From positions 1,207,386 to 1,271,385 of the forward strand of contig CAJINV010000016.1 of the NCBI GenBank assembly GCA_905178155.1: a stretch of 64,000 nucleotides of DNA. Reading direction: 5' to 3'. This document shows, piece by piece, positions 1 through 11,572 of the stretch. The notes under the pieces are model-generated. The model saw nothing but the letters and a program-made list of their open reading frames with translations, searched no databases and was not told where the DNA came from. This stretch comes from Amoebophrya sp. A120. Its lineage: Eukaryota > Protista > Dinoflagellata. A program made the position numbers and the translations under genes. Position 1 is the stretch's first letter, and each line of letters begins with the position of its first letter.

Positions 1-783
1 GATGAAAGAAAAACCAGACGCGCCGATATGAAAAGTAAATATCATGAAAGGAAGCTGCTGCGTCGGAAGAATTAACGAACTGAAATCTTCACTGCGGATT
101 CTGATTCAATATTGACATGATTCGAATGCGCAGCAGCAGGTGCTGAACTTTGCGAGGAAGAGGAACAATATGTACTTCTGCTGATCCATGATTTTACTGG
201 CCCACTTCCACGCCTACTCTGAAGACAGACTTAGACTTTGTTTCATCGGCATTATAATCACAGAAGCAAGAGGACTATACCGAATTTTTCTTTGTCCACT
301 CGCTGAATGTGAATGATAAAACAAGCAACAGACTCGTCCACTATTACTTATTTTCATCGATGGAGCTTTTGAGTATCGAAGCTTCACTCGATGAGTGCCG
401 AAGTTGTTGTTCAACACCTTCCTTCGTGGTTCCTTCGTTGTTGCAAGATCGTGCAACCTCCTGTTACGTAATGAGGAACCGACCCTGCTGGTGGCCCCTT
501 GGTTCACCACCAACGTAAGCATGTGCATTCATTCATTGTACTCAGCTGGATCTGGAATACGCTAATGCACAATTCTACCTTGTACTTGGACAGGAAATTG
601 GAAAAAGTAAACGTAAAGATTTACGTTTGCAGTTGCTACTTGATCGTGCTTGTGCTCGTTGTAACCTCAACAAAAGAAATACAAAAATAGAAAACATAGT
701 GTGCGCAGCCGGAACAAGGTCTTCTTCTCTTCTGTTATTCGATTTTCTTGAAATTGTCCTCTTGCAGGTGGAAGATCAACAAG

Positions 784-3700
784 ATGAGCATGAGCCCCAT
801 CAATGTTCTGGGACCTAGTGGGTCCGCCGAGTTGCTGGCTGCAGGTGGTTCTGGGCGCGGCCGGGGAGCGGCGGCTACTACGGCGGGAGAAGTGCAGCTG
901 GAGATCGATGGTAGTGATAATATCAAATGTAAAAGTGTCTGGGTCTGGAAGAATCCGAACTTGTGATGCTGCATTTGGATTCCAAAAAAATCTGTATTGC
1001 ATGAGTACCAAAGGGAATGCAATTTTTGCTGCGCTGAGAAGGCATTTGTCATGCGGAATAGGCATCAAGAAGCCCTCAAAAAATCTGTATTGCTAGGGTA
1101 TGCATCACAGACATCATGGCTCATGCAAAACGTGCATGACAAGTGTCAGAATCTTCCAGACCCAGACATTTTTGCAGTTGATAGATAACTATGCGTCGCA
1201 AAATGATGAAGACGAGCAAGAAGAAGTCGAGCGGTTATGAAATGCAAAAGCATCGTACTAGTATGAATCGCATTACAAATTTGCTCAGCATGAAAAATTT
1301 AGTTTGTCATGCTGTTTTACCTTGGGATGGAGATTTGTGATGCATGGCTGCGATTATAATGCACGAGTGCGATACTTTTGCACAGAATAGCGGTTTCAGT
1401 GCAGCAAGTTTGTGAAAATCCTTGGGCTATGGATTGCAAATATGTCTGGGTCTGGATCTGGAAGAAGACAAACTTGTGATGCGCATTTTAGAACACCGAA
1501 AAATCTCTCATGCATAGGTAGCAAAAGCTGCCCACTTTCTGTCACCAAAATGTGGGATTTATCATGCGGATTCGGCATTGCGGAAGCTTCTCGAAACCTG
1601 CGATGCTAGAGCTTCCATGCCAGACCTTCTGCGTCATGCAAAGACAGCATGTCGCTTCCAGACCCAGACACTTTTACACTTGATATGGGCCGGGCATCAT
1701 GGTTTGCCTCGCGGACACCGACGGCCCTTGTCTGGTCACGGCTGGAGAGAGCGGATCGCTGTATGGGTATTCCCTTGTGTCCTGCCAAATTTTGTTAATC
1801 CCCATCCTCTTCGCCGCACAGGAGCTCACGGTGCGACTCTCGCTTTTGACCAACAAGGGGCTCACGGAGCTGATTCGCATCCACTTCGGGGTGTTCTGGG
1901 CCCGGCTCGCGTGCGCCGTGCTCGTGATTACCTATGGTTTGCAAAAGCATTGTAGTTGTACTAGTATAAATTGCATTACCAAGCATTACAAATTAAATTT
2001 GTAATGGTGAAGATTTATCTGCAGAAGTAATGCATAAACGCAATTACTACGAGTACGATACTTTTGCGCAGGATATTACCTGCATCGCCGCCATCATCTC
2101 CGAGCTCGCCTGCATCGCCCATACGGATTGTAAAAGTGTCTGGGTCTGGAAGAGTGGAACTTGTATTTGTAATGCTGTCTGCGGATTCTAAAAATATCTG
2201 TGTTGCATGAGCAGCAAGAGGAGTCAGCTCTTGGCACGCGGAGAGGGCATTTCTCATGCGTAATTAGCATCAAGAAGCTCTCAATCTGTGATGCTAGCAC
2301 CATCATCACAGACCTCACGGGTCATGCAAAATGTGCATGACAAGCCCCGACTCTTCCAGACCCAGACACTTTTGCAGTTGATAGCCCAAGTTGGGGAACT
2401 ATTTGGGGTTCCCATGTGGATCTCCAGTCTAATAGTGGTTTTCCTCCTCGTCCTCATCGTGGCGACCGGTACCTTTCGCCGGTTGGAGTTGATTGGCGTG
2501 GCCATGGGCAGCACGCAGGTGTTGTTTTTTCTCGTCATGTTTCTCGTGCGGCCAGACTGGGAGGAAGTTGCGCATGGGCTGGTCGAGACGCATTTCGACG
2601 ACGGAAAGTGGCTGAAACTCCTCGCAGCCAACATCGGCGCGGTTATCATGCCCTGGATGCTCTTCTACCAGCAGTCGGCTTGCTGCGAGCGGAAGATGAC
2701 GGTGCGCGAGATGATATCAAATGCAAAAGTGTCTGGGTCTGGAAGATTCTAAACTTGTGATGCTGTCTTTGGATTCTAAAAAAAATTGTATTGCATGACC
2801 ATCAAGAGGACTCCAGATTCTCCTACGCGGAGAGGGCATTTCTCATGCGGTGGAGGTATCACAAAGCCCTCTGAAAATCTGTGATGCTATGGCATGCATC
2901 ACAGACATCATGGCTCATGGAAAATATGCATGACAAATCTAGAAACCTTCCAGACGCAGACATTTTTGCATTTGATAGATGACCTACGCCCGGCTGGACA
3001 CCGTGGTCGGCGCCAGCATCGCGCAGGGCGTCATGATTGCCATGGTGATTGCCATGGGCGTATGCATTGCAAATATGTCATCTGGGTCTGGAAGGATGCA
3101 AGGTTTGTCATTGTCATGCTTGTCTAGCACGACTCTACGCTCTGTATTGCGTGCCCGCAAAGAACTTGTTCTCTCTCCTGTCATGCAAAAACGAAGTTTC
3201 TCATGCGGATTACGCAACTCAGCCCCAACGAAAAAACTTGTCATGCTTGGCTGTGCATTACAGTGTGCGCATTCTTCCCTGACATGCATCACAAGTTTCC
3301 AGACCCAGACATAGTTGCATTCGATAGGGCGCGACGCTGTTCAAGCAGAAACCGCAGGAACTGAAGGACGTCCCGCAAATGGTGGACGCGTTGAAGCCGT
3401 CGATGGGCTCCACAGCCGCAAAATTACTGGTCGCCTTCGGTGCCACCGGGGCAAGTTTAGTAGCCGCCCTGGTCGTGGCGATCACGCCGGCGTGGAGCAT
3501 TTGCGAGTTGCTGGGCCACGAGCGGTCACACGACAAACCCTACAGCGAGGCCAAGAATTTCTACCACGCCTTTGCGGCCGTCTTGGTCGCCGCGTTTGTG
3601 ACCACCGTGTGCCCCGAGGTCGGGGACCGCGCCTGGATCATGATCCAGGTCGAGATTTTGAACGCATTGCTAATGCCCGTAGTCGTCGGCTTCATCTTCT

Positions 3701-3822
3701 TCCTGGCCGCGAAGCGGGGGGTCTTGCCGGAATCATACCGGCTCAAAGGGTGGTATAGGATTTTGCTGGGGATCGTGTTTGGTATTTGCAGCATTCTGTG
3801 CGTCTACGCTGCATTTCTGTGA
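784..3822 (+). CDS. NRAMP/MntH-family divalent metal transporter; 8 exons, all 7 introns are TIR introners
   Basis: Removing each element plus one 5-bp DR gives one continuous frame: MSMSPINVLG...KILGPGIMVCLADTDGPCLVTAGESGSLYGYSL...AQELTVRL...LAANIGAVIMPWMLFYQQS...ARLDTVVG...VYAAFL*. The GPG..D.D.G, QE...RL and GA.IMPW motifs are typical of NRAMP. Confidence 0.92.
921..1183. mobile_element. Introner family A (263 bp)
   Basis: TIR TATCAAATGTAAAAGTGTCTGGGTCTGGAAG ... CTTCCAGACCCAGACATTTTTGCAGTTGATA; DR GATAA; removal restores GSDNYASQ. Confidence 0.95.
1236..1389. mobile_element. Introner family B (154 bp)
   Basis: TATGAAATGCAAAAGCATCGTACT ... AGTGCGATACTTTTGCACAGAATA; DR GCGGT; restores EVERFQC. 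Confidence 0.95.
1428..1685. mobile_element. Introner family A (258 bp)
   Basis: Family A TIRs; DR TGGGC; restores the conserved ILGPGIM. Confidence 0.95.
1933..2075. mobile_element. Introner family B (143 bp)
   Basis: Family B TIRs; DR TTACC; restores LVITCIAA; no GT-AG possible at the junction. Confidence 0.93.
2122..2383. mobile_element. Introner family A (262 bp; starts TAC)
   Basis: Family A TIRs; DR GCCCA; restores CIAQVGEL. Confidence 0.95.
2715..2977. mobile_element. Introner family A (263 bp)
   Basis: DR GATGA; restores REMTYARLD; closely similar to the reverse complement of 59032-59306. Confidence 0.95.
3061..3326. mobile_element. Introner family A (266 bp)
   Basis: DR GGGCG; restores AMGATLFK. 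Confidence 0.95.
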
Positions 3823-4476
3823 TAACACTGGCGCGAATAAATCTGATGATCTTACATTTGAATTTTATTTTTGAGACTCCGGCTCCACGATCGATGAGCG
3901 TGAGTTTTCGTAAAAGATAAGTTGAGTCGTCGTTTCCAAAATAGAACTACAATGATACTTTTTTCGCTTCGCCTCAATCATTGTCACGCTCAAGTAGCTC
4001 TACGTCAACATGCCTGCAATGTTGTATCCTACTCACAACAAGCAATAGCGTAACCCAATCTACCTGTCTGAAAAACACTTTGAGTGGTTCGTTCTATTTT
4101 CGACGCCATGCTCTGCAACTAGGAAAGCTACCACTGTTGATTTTCGTCCTATCTATGTACTAGTTTGAGATTTTGTATAGGTAAACCAGGACAGAAATTG
4201 GTAAATAACCGACCTCGAGGACATTGTCATCCGAAGAACCTTTTTCGCATAGAAAAAAAACCATCAGAATCTTCACGACCGGATGAGGAAAGAACCCATC
4301 AGAATCATACCCATAATACATACATGTGTCTCATTCAATCAATATCAAGATGAATGTTGACATCGATAATTAGAATCCGATCGAACCAATCCTGAGATTA
4401 TTCCATCATGAGAATCAAATCTTCTGATAGATTGAAATCGATCATTTCTTTTTTTCTTGTCATGTCTGGGCATGAT

Positions 4477-5530
4477 CCCTCCAGCCAAACCATAGGCACG
4501 CACGGCCATACCACAGGCGTGCAGGAGTGACATCGGCTACGGCGTGGATGTCCGTGCGGTGGTGCCCAAGTCATAGGGCGCGCACTTCACACAGATGCCC
4601 CATCATAGGCACTAGTGTGCCCACTCACAGGCGCGCATCGGAGCAGGAGCCGGCGCCTCAGCGCAAGGAGCCTAGGCAACTGAGGAAGCCGCCGGAGATT
4701 GCACTAAGACAGAGCGGGCGCCGCACCTGCTGCGCTTGCCTTCCCCCTGTCACGCCGGTACGCCCGAAAGCCGTAGCACTACGGCCCAGCTTGAGAAGAT
4801 CCGAGAAGCCCGCGCGCCGTCAGTGTCTCAAGCCCCCCGTCCAAGGTCGGACCGGGACGAGACCCGCGGGGGATCGAGAAAAGCATCCGGGCCCGCCCAG
4901 GGGGTGAGGTAGTCGTTAGGGCGCAGAGGGTGTCTTGGTGTGTTGCAAGGAAGGCGGGCGGGTGTAGCAGGTAGCGCCGGCGGGCCTGAAGGATCGACCA
5001 AGGCAGCAGGGACGCCAGCAGCGAAGTCGGGTGGGAAGCTGGTATCCAACGCGGCGGGGCAAAAAAGGGTGGCAAGCCCCGCCGCCCGCTTTGCTAGGTA
5101 GTGCCACGCCATAGGCCACAGCCCTAGCCGCCACACCAAGGCGTAACGGAAGAGAGCGGAGCACCGGCAACACAGGAGCCGGGACAGGCATAGCCCAAAC
5201 CCCCGGGAGCTTGTTAAAGCACACAATAACCGAGCCACAATACCGGGCCCCATTCCAAAGCCAGCGCAAGCGGGCCGCCCGGTCCAGCACCTCGCCATGG
5301 GTGCGGGGGGTCTTCAGTAGTCAAGCAGGACATATCGCTGAGCCCCGGCGAGTAAGGCCACGACGGCAGGATAGGATACAGCATTGCAGTGCTGTCCTGC
5401 ACCCCCCCCCCCCCCCCATGTATGCAGGTCCCATGCCTGGCGATCCTGGTGTGGTGCGGCAACTGGGGAAACGCCTAAGGGATCTTGGTCCGGCAGCATC
5501 CATATTGTACACCTAGTATACCTAGAATAA
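4477..5530 (+). mobile_element. GC-rich retroposon-like insert with a ~15-bp TSD
   Basis: ATGTCTGGGCATGAT at 4462-4476 recurs as ATGTCTGG|ACATGAT (6888-6895 joined to 9536-9542) once later insertions are removed; 3' end ACCTAGTATACCTAGAATAA; sharp GC contrast with flanks; no recognisable ORF. Confidence 0.55.
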
Positions 5531-6880
5531 TCAGGCGGTAGCGCCCCGGGCGGATTTTCCTTCTAAAAACTGGCTAAAATTCCCGGTCTTGCGAAAATTC
5601 GCAAAGGCGCGCGCCTGGTTCCGCCCGCCCTCAGTTTCCTGCCGCCGCGCCCTTGTGTGAGCCCTGGCCCGATTCCGAAGCGCCAACAGGCCCCCGCCCC
5701 TGGCGCTTCGGCTTGGCGCCTTCCCCGCTTCCCTTTGCCCCTCTCACTCGCACCGGGCGCGCAGAAAATTTAAAATTTAAAAATTGGCCCCGTTTCCGGG
5801 GAAGTTGGCTTTTGGTTGGTGTGCCGGTTGTCGGTTGGTTCGAGTGTGTTGTGCATGGCGGCCCTGCCAGGGTGTGTAGGCTTATGTCGCAGGCAGGACC
5901 GTGCCGGGGGAAGCGTCGTCACGCCTTGCTTGTGTTCGGGGCCCCCGAACAAAAGTAGGGCGTGTTGTAGGTGGCGCGCTGTAGAAGAAAATGTTCGAAC
6001 CTGGTGTAGGAGATGACGTTCGACATGCATGTCGAACATCATCTCTAAACACCGCCGACATTCGGCTACGCTGGGTGGGAATGTTTTGCCTGATCCAGTT
6101 TTAGAAGATCGAAGCGATGTCCGTTTTCGGCTTCTAAAACCGGTCATGTTCGGCTTCTAAAATCCCGGCCGCGCGTCTCCTAAAATCACAAAGCAGGCAA
6201 ATCCTAAGGGAATTTGCGTGCTCAGTGATTTTAGAAGATTTTTAGAAGCCGGACATGGTCCGGGATTTTCTTATCTCCGGATGAGAATTAGAAGAAAGTT
6301 AGAAGATTTTTTAGAAGGCATTTTAGAAGCCTATTTTAGAAGCCATTTTAGAAGGTTTCTTAGAAGCCATTTTAGAAGGCATTTTAGAAGCCATTTTAGA
6401 AGGTTTTTTAGAAGCGAAATTAGAAGGCAGGTGGGGAAGAAAGGGCCGCGATGAGTTCGGAAGCGAAGATTAGAAGTCAGCTCCGCAGTTGGCGTCTAGT
6501 ATTCGCTTCGAATCCGATTTTGAGCGCTATCCTGTGTTCTTATTTTCGCTTGGCCGGCGCGCTCGAGGTTTTCATCGAGTACCACGTGGGGCCCGGAAGC
6601 TTCACAAACCAAATCGCCCCGCCTGTGGTTCTCGTGTATCGTAGTCGGGGCGATGGGGTGGTGGTTGTGTCGGTTGCGTGGCAACGTATGCCCGGGGCCT
6701 TTCGGGTGGCAGGGTGGTGGCCTCGGGTCTCATCGTTGTGATGCAGGTTATTTGCCCTGCTGTGGGCGTGGGGGCAGGGTTGTGTTGTGGGCAGGAGATT
6801 CGGGAGCGGGAAAATTTGAAAACACCGGGAAAATTAGAGGTGTTTTAGAAGCAGAGGCCGCCCGGGTGTTTCCCGCCTGA
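5531..6880. mobile_element. Non-autonomous TIR element, copy 1 (1.35 kb, TCA...TGA, 6-bp TSD GAATAA)
   Basis: TCAGGCGGTAGCGCCCCGGGCGG ... CCGCCCGGGTGTTTCCCGCCTGA; GAATAA at 5525-5530 and 6881-6886. Confidence 0.88.
6295..6430. repeat. 12-bp tandem array (nnnTTTTAGAAG) inside copy 1
   Basis: Repeated GCCATTTTAGAA/GGCATTTTAGAA units. Confidence 0.85.
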
Positions 6881-7654
6881 GAATAATATGTCTGGTCAGG
6901 CGGGAGCACCCCGGGCGGATTTTTTTTCTAAAATATGGCTAATTTCCCCGGTATTTCAAAAATTCCGGCCGCCCTTTGTGGGTGGCCCCGTCCGTCCCCG
7001 TCCGGAGCCCGTCGGGTGAGGCCGGTCGGCCGGTCGTGTGAGTGTTGCGTCATTATCTGTCCGTGGTTAGCCTGCGCGCAGGCCAGAAGCCGCGGAAGCC
7101 AGGCGGCCTCCGCGGTTTCTAGGCTTTTAAAATTTAAAAATTTGGGACGTTTTCCGGGGTAAAGCGGGCCGCGCAATTTGGTGGGCTCGCGTTGGTGTCT
7201 GGCGTGGTTGGTTTGCCGGCCATTTGTTGTTTCCTCTGGGTTAAGTCGTTGGGGTTGTCTTTGCCTTGGATCCGCCGATCCATCCGACATTGCGCATGAT
7301 TCTGCGCGTTACCATTTCAGGTCGTGACGTCGTGTTGGTCTGTGTCTTTTTTGGGGAGAGGGAGAGGCTGTACATCAGGGACATGATGTTCGACATATGT
7401 CGAGCACCATCTCCCGACGTCGCCTGCAGTCAGAGATTTCAGGGCGCGAAATCTCTGACAGCCAAGTTCCGGAAGATCGGAAAGACCTGTTTTCGACCTT
7501 CTAAAACTGGTCAATCATGCTTCCGAAATGCCGGCCGCGGTCCTTCTAAAATCCGAAAACTCGGACTTTCCACGGGATTTTGCGCTACCGGGCATTTTAG
7601 AAGATTTTTAGAAGCCGGGCAGGTTCCCGGATTTTTCGTCTTCGGACGGAAAAT

Positions 7655-7810
7655 TAGAAGTTTTTTAGAAGTGGCTTTTAGAAGCCACTTTTAGAAGGTC
7701 ATTTTAGAAGTGGCTTTTAGAAGCCACTTTTAGAAGGTCACTTTAGAAGCCCACTTTAGAAGCCCATTTTAGAAGCGAAAATTAGAAGGTTTTTTAGAAG
7801 GAAAATTAAA
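7655..7810. repeat. 12-bp TTTTAGAAG tandem array inside copy 2
   Basis: GTGGCTTTTAGAAGCCACTTTTAGAAGGTCA repeated. Confidence 0.85.
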
Positions 7811-8029
7811 AGCCACTCCAGAAGCGAAAACCTGCGGCAAGAAGTCATGTGGGGAGATGACTTCTAGGATTCGCTTCGGGAATGACGTCGCAACCTGCGC
7901 TCTGATTTTCGCTCGGGGGCCGGGGCTCTGGGATCTTCTTTGGAGAGCGCCTGTGGGGTGTCTTGTGAATCGGGTTGGGTTGCGTGGGGTTTTCATTTAT
8001 CGCAACCCCACCGAAGGGGCGGCGTTTGC

Positions 8030-9312
8030 TCATGCGGAAAACGCCCGGGCGGTTTGCCTTTCTAAAAGACTTCTAATTTTTCCGGTTTTGAAAAAAAAAA
8101 CCCTACCCATTTCTCCCATCCGCGGATCGGGTGGGAATCAAATCAAAAAAAGGCGCCCACACTACCCAGAAAGAAAGAGGAGGAGAGAGAGATGCCGGCC
8201 CGGCAACGCAGACAACCCGATGGCAGGAGACTTACGATGAGGCGACGCGGCGCAACAACAAATCAAGACAACCACTCCCAAACCAGAAGCCCGCCCTTAC
8301 GATCGCAACACGCCCTTCCAACGCGGCGATCGCAACAACCTTTGAAAGCCCGACCTTTAGTTCCCGCCTCTACAACCCTTCTCTAATTTCCGCCTCTAAA
8401 GTCGGCCTCTAAAATGGGCCTCTAAAGTCGGCCTCTAAAACCGGTCTCTAAAACCGGCCTCTAAAGCCGGTCTCTAAAACCGGTCTCTAAAACCGGTCTC
8501 TAAAACCGGCCTCTAAAGCCGGCCTCTAAAAGCGGCTTCTAAAACAGCCTCTAAAAAGGCCTTTAAAATGTCCTATAATTTCGTCCTCTAAAAATCCTCT
8601 AATTCTTCCGCCCGCATGGCAGTTTTCGGACTTCTAAAAATCCTTTAAAACTGCCATACAGGCGAAATCACACACAAAATCGCGATTTTGTGATTTTAGA
8701 AGACGAAATAGAAGATCTCGGGACGCCAAAACCGGAAGCGGAGCCGGAAGATTCCGGCTCCGCTTCACGCGAACATCCAGTGCCGGACATCCCGAAATGT
8801 TTGTTTCGGACCTGCAGGAGATGACGTTCGTGTTCGAAACCACGAACATCATCTCCCGGCCCTCGACAAACGATCTACTTGCTCGAGCCAGCGGCGCATG
8901 TGCGGGGATGCGAAGAGGCGCAGACCACTTCGCATCTCCAGAGAAGACGGGCAAGGCCCACGCCTACCACCCACATTGTGCGCCACCCTGCAATGCACAT
9001 CTACACCCACCTACAACCACACTGCTTTTTCAAAATTGTGCGGCGCCACTTTACCCAAAAACCAGCCCTAATTTTTAATTTTTAAAAGCGCACGGGCCGA
9101 ACCCCAAGAGACGAAGAAAGAGCGCGCTGATGTTGTGTCGGGGAAACGAACAAAAGCCCCACCCCCCGGGGGACTTCGGAGGAAAACAACCACCACACGC
9201 CCACGCTGTGGGCCCAACACGATCAGAAGAAATGGGCGCCCGGAATTTTTTAAATCCCGGAAAAATTAGCGGGATTTTAGAACGGAAATCCGCCCGGGGT
9301 GTTTCCGCATGA
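8030..9312. mobile_element. Non-autonomous TIR element, copy 3, inverted and nested in copy 2 (6-bp TSD GTTTGC)
   Basis: TCATGCGGAAAACGCCCGGGCGG ... CCGCCCGGGGTGTTTCCGCATGA; GTTTGC at 8024-8029 and 9313-9318; internal array is reverse-complemented. Confidence 0.88.
8385..8600. repeat. 12-13-bp CCTCTAAAACCGG tandem array inside copy 3
   Basis: More than 10 visible units of (GG)CCTCTAAA/TCTCTAAAACC. Confidence 0.85.
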
Positions 9313-10244
9313 GTTTGCATGGGTTGCGCAACACAGGGCAGTTGGGATCTTTATGATGCCGGTTTTTTTGCCAGCAGGCATTCGGGGTGGCCGCCGCGGT
9401 CACCCCTACTGCTTGCTGGCATTGTTGTTCCCCTCCCCATTCCCGACGGCGGCTTGCAGAAAAAAATGAAAAACCGGGAAAATTAGAAGTAGATTAGAAG
9501 GCGGAACCGCCCCGGGCCTTCCCACCTGAGTCTGGACATGATATAAATTATCGCTTTGGCTCGATCTGAGATTCTCTTTCATCATTCTCATCGTCTGCAA
9601 ATCGATCATTTGTTCTTCGAATCTATCATAAATCCTGATCGATGAGATTGAGAATTTCTGAAATTCTAATTTTTTTGAATTTCTCTTCATCAGATTGAAA
9701 ATTATCTCATCGATCGATTCAATTTCAGGATTCCAATATATGATCGATAATTCGAGAGAGATATCATTGGAATAAAATGAATGATAGATGATCTAAAAAT
9801 TTGGTAAATTCTTGAAAATTTCGAAAATAAAATAAAAAAAATTGAAAAAAATTGTGAAATAGGATGAGACTTCAATCATTGGAATCCAAGATCTCTCTCG
9901 ATAAGATGGATTGATATCAGAATATATAAAAATATTTTAAATATTTAATATTTTGATGAGAAATTTTCTCTTGATGGGGATTCTTTATCAGATTTGTTTC
10001 CTGGAAGATATTGTAAAAAAAATCGATGAATGAAGATCCTAATGAAATCAACCAGAAGATTTAGATTTTTCAAATTTTTCCATAAATTATTTTCATGAAA
10101 TCGGATTATTGTTCTGATCTTTCGAAATTTCTAGAAAATCTCATGGAATTTTTTCTACAATCGAATTTTCGATATGAATCTTATCTCATTTTGAATGGAT
10201 ATTCATAATATAAACATGAGTCATATCTTCGATTATGTCTTCAA

Positions 10245-11405
10245 CGGTCGTTAGCATACAGAAGGGTGAATTTCCAGTGAATTTGTATTGCGTGGCATGA
10301 TGCATGAATTAATCTTCAGGTGCATGCGAAGAACTAGAACACGAGGACAACATACAAGAAGCCAGCGCGCCTGCTTGGCTGGTGGCGCTTCCCTCCTGTG
10401 GACGCTTGCCGCTTGTTGCCCAAAGAGGCGCACCTGGTGGACTGCGAAGCAACGCAGGTGGCTTAGGGCGGTCTTACAACACGACGCTGCATGATCCGCA
10501 GACTCGATAGTGGCGGATCGACCGGGACGAGGGCTATGCCTGTAAAGGGGGTCAAAGGTACTAGCTCAACATGTCAAAATAGAGAAGTCGCGTCCCGGGT
10601 TGTGGCTGCCTCGGCTTGGATATCTGGAGACAGGTTGCTACGGATGCTAGCATCGCCTGCTTTGCTCTGTAAGTAACCTCCTCCCAGCTGTGTTCCTGCC
10701 TCATCTTGGTCGGTTCCTCTAGTAGTCTTCTTTGACGTGACCCCCAGGTCAGGAATTCTCTTGGTGAATTTTGAGGCTTTGTCTTTTTGCGAAACTTTTT
10801 TGAAGCCCCAAACTCGGAGTTTCTCACGCGCTAGCGAATTTTGAACAGGCACCGGAACCCAAAATTCACCGGCGCCCTTTTCAAAATTCACCCGAAAATT
10901 CACCGAGCGCCCCTTTTCGACCGTGATAAGCAAACTTTGGCGCAGAAAAGTGCTCAAAAATGTGCACAGGTAGGCCCTGGGGAGTGGGGCCGAGGGGAAA
11001 AGACAAGCGCCCTCTGTTGCCCTCAGCCCGTCTATATTCTGCCGAAAAGGCCTGGGGAGTTCACGCGCCTGCCGGGTAGAGGCGTCAAAGCTCTCGGCCT
11101 GGTCCTTTCACTCGTTTTTTTGCGCCTTCTTCCCTAATTGCATGTGCTTCGCAGCCTTTCTTTTTAGCGTCTTTGCCGCGGCTGCTGCAGTGCTCTATGC
11201 GAGCACAGGGAGACGAATAGACATGGCCAAAGAACGGCACCCAGGCCATGCCTAGAAGCTGCCCGCCGCATAATTAAGCCTTGACTTCTGCGGTGTGCAG
11301 AACCCACTTCCCAGAAGGGCAAGAGGGATAATGCCCCGGCGGACTCATCTGCAATCTGTCATGCAAAATTCACTACAAATTCGCCACTTCTCATGCTAAC
11401 GGGTG
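10245..11405. mobile_element. Degenerate TIR element, possibly TTAA-type (piggyBac-like)
   Basis: Imperfect ~40-bp IR CGTTAGCATACAGAAGGGTGAATTTCCAGTGAATTT versus reverse-complement CGTTAGCATGAGAAGTGGCGAATTTGTAGTGAATTT; flanks TCAA / TTAA; internal AAATTCACC repeats at 10860-10905. Confidence 0.55.
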
Positions 11406-11572
11406 TTAAAGCTGTAAATCTTCGATTTCCAAGATATATGGAATATTTGTTTTTTCCACGACAAAAACATCAAGAATTTTCTATTACATAAATTTCGAAT
11501 CATTGGAATCTTTATGATCCATCGAAGTCTGAATCTCAGGAAAAAGTTCAAATTGTGATGGAAAAAAGAGAA

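Larger units (their letters stand above)
6896..9529. mobile_element. Non-autonomous TIR element, copy 2 (6-bp TSD GTCTGG), interrupted by copy 3
   Basis: TCAGGCGGGAGCACCCCGGGCGG ... CCGCCCCGGGCCTTCCCACCTGA; GTCTGG at 6890-6895 and 9530-9535. Confidence 0.88.

Noticed and set aside
1-783. Dinoflagellate spliced-leader relic upstream of genes
   Set aside because: I did not see CCGTAGCCATTTTGGCTCAAG by eye; only a generic pyrimidine tract plus CAG at about 720-768, which is insufficient to call.
921-3326. Regularly recurring GTCTGGGTCTGGAAG repeats resembling a CRISPR array
   Set aside because: The repeats are inverted pairs bounding insertions in a eukaryotic gene; the apparent spacers are exons, and there are no cas genes.
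6295-8600. TTTTAGAAG arrays as telomeric repeats
   Set aside because: The period is 12-13 bp, the unit is not TTTAGGG, and the arrays are internal to TSD-bounded elements.
4527-11137. ORFs in the island as transposase or reverse transcriptase genes
   Set aside because: They are short, driven by repeats or GC content, and show no DDE, RT or endonuclease motif that I can recognise.
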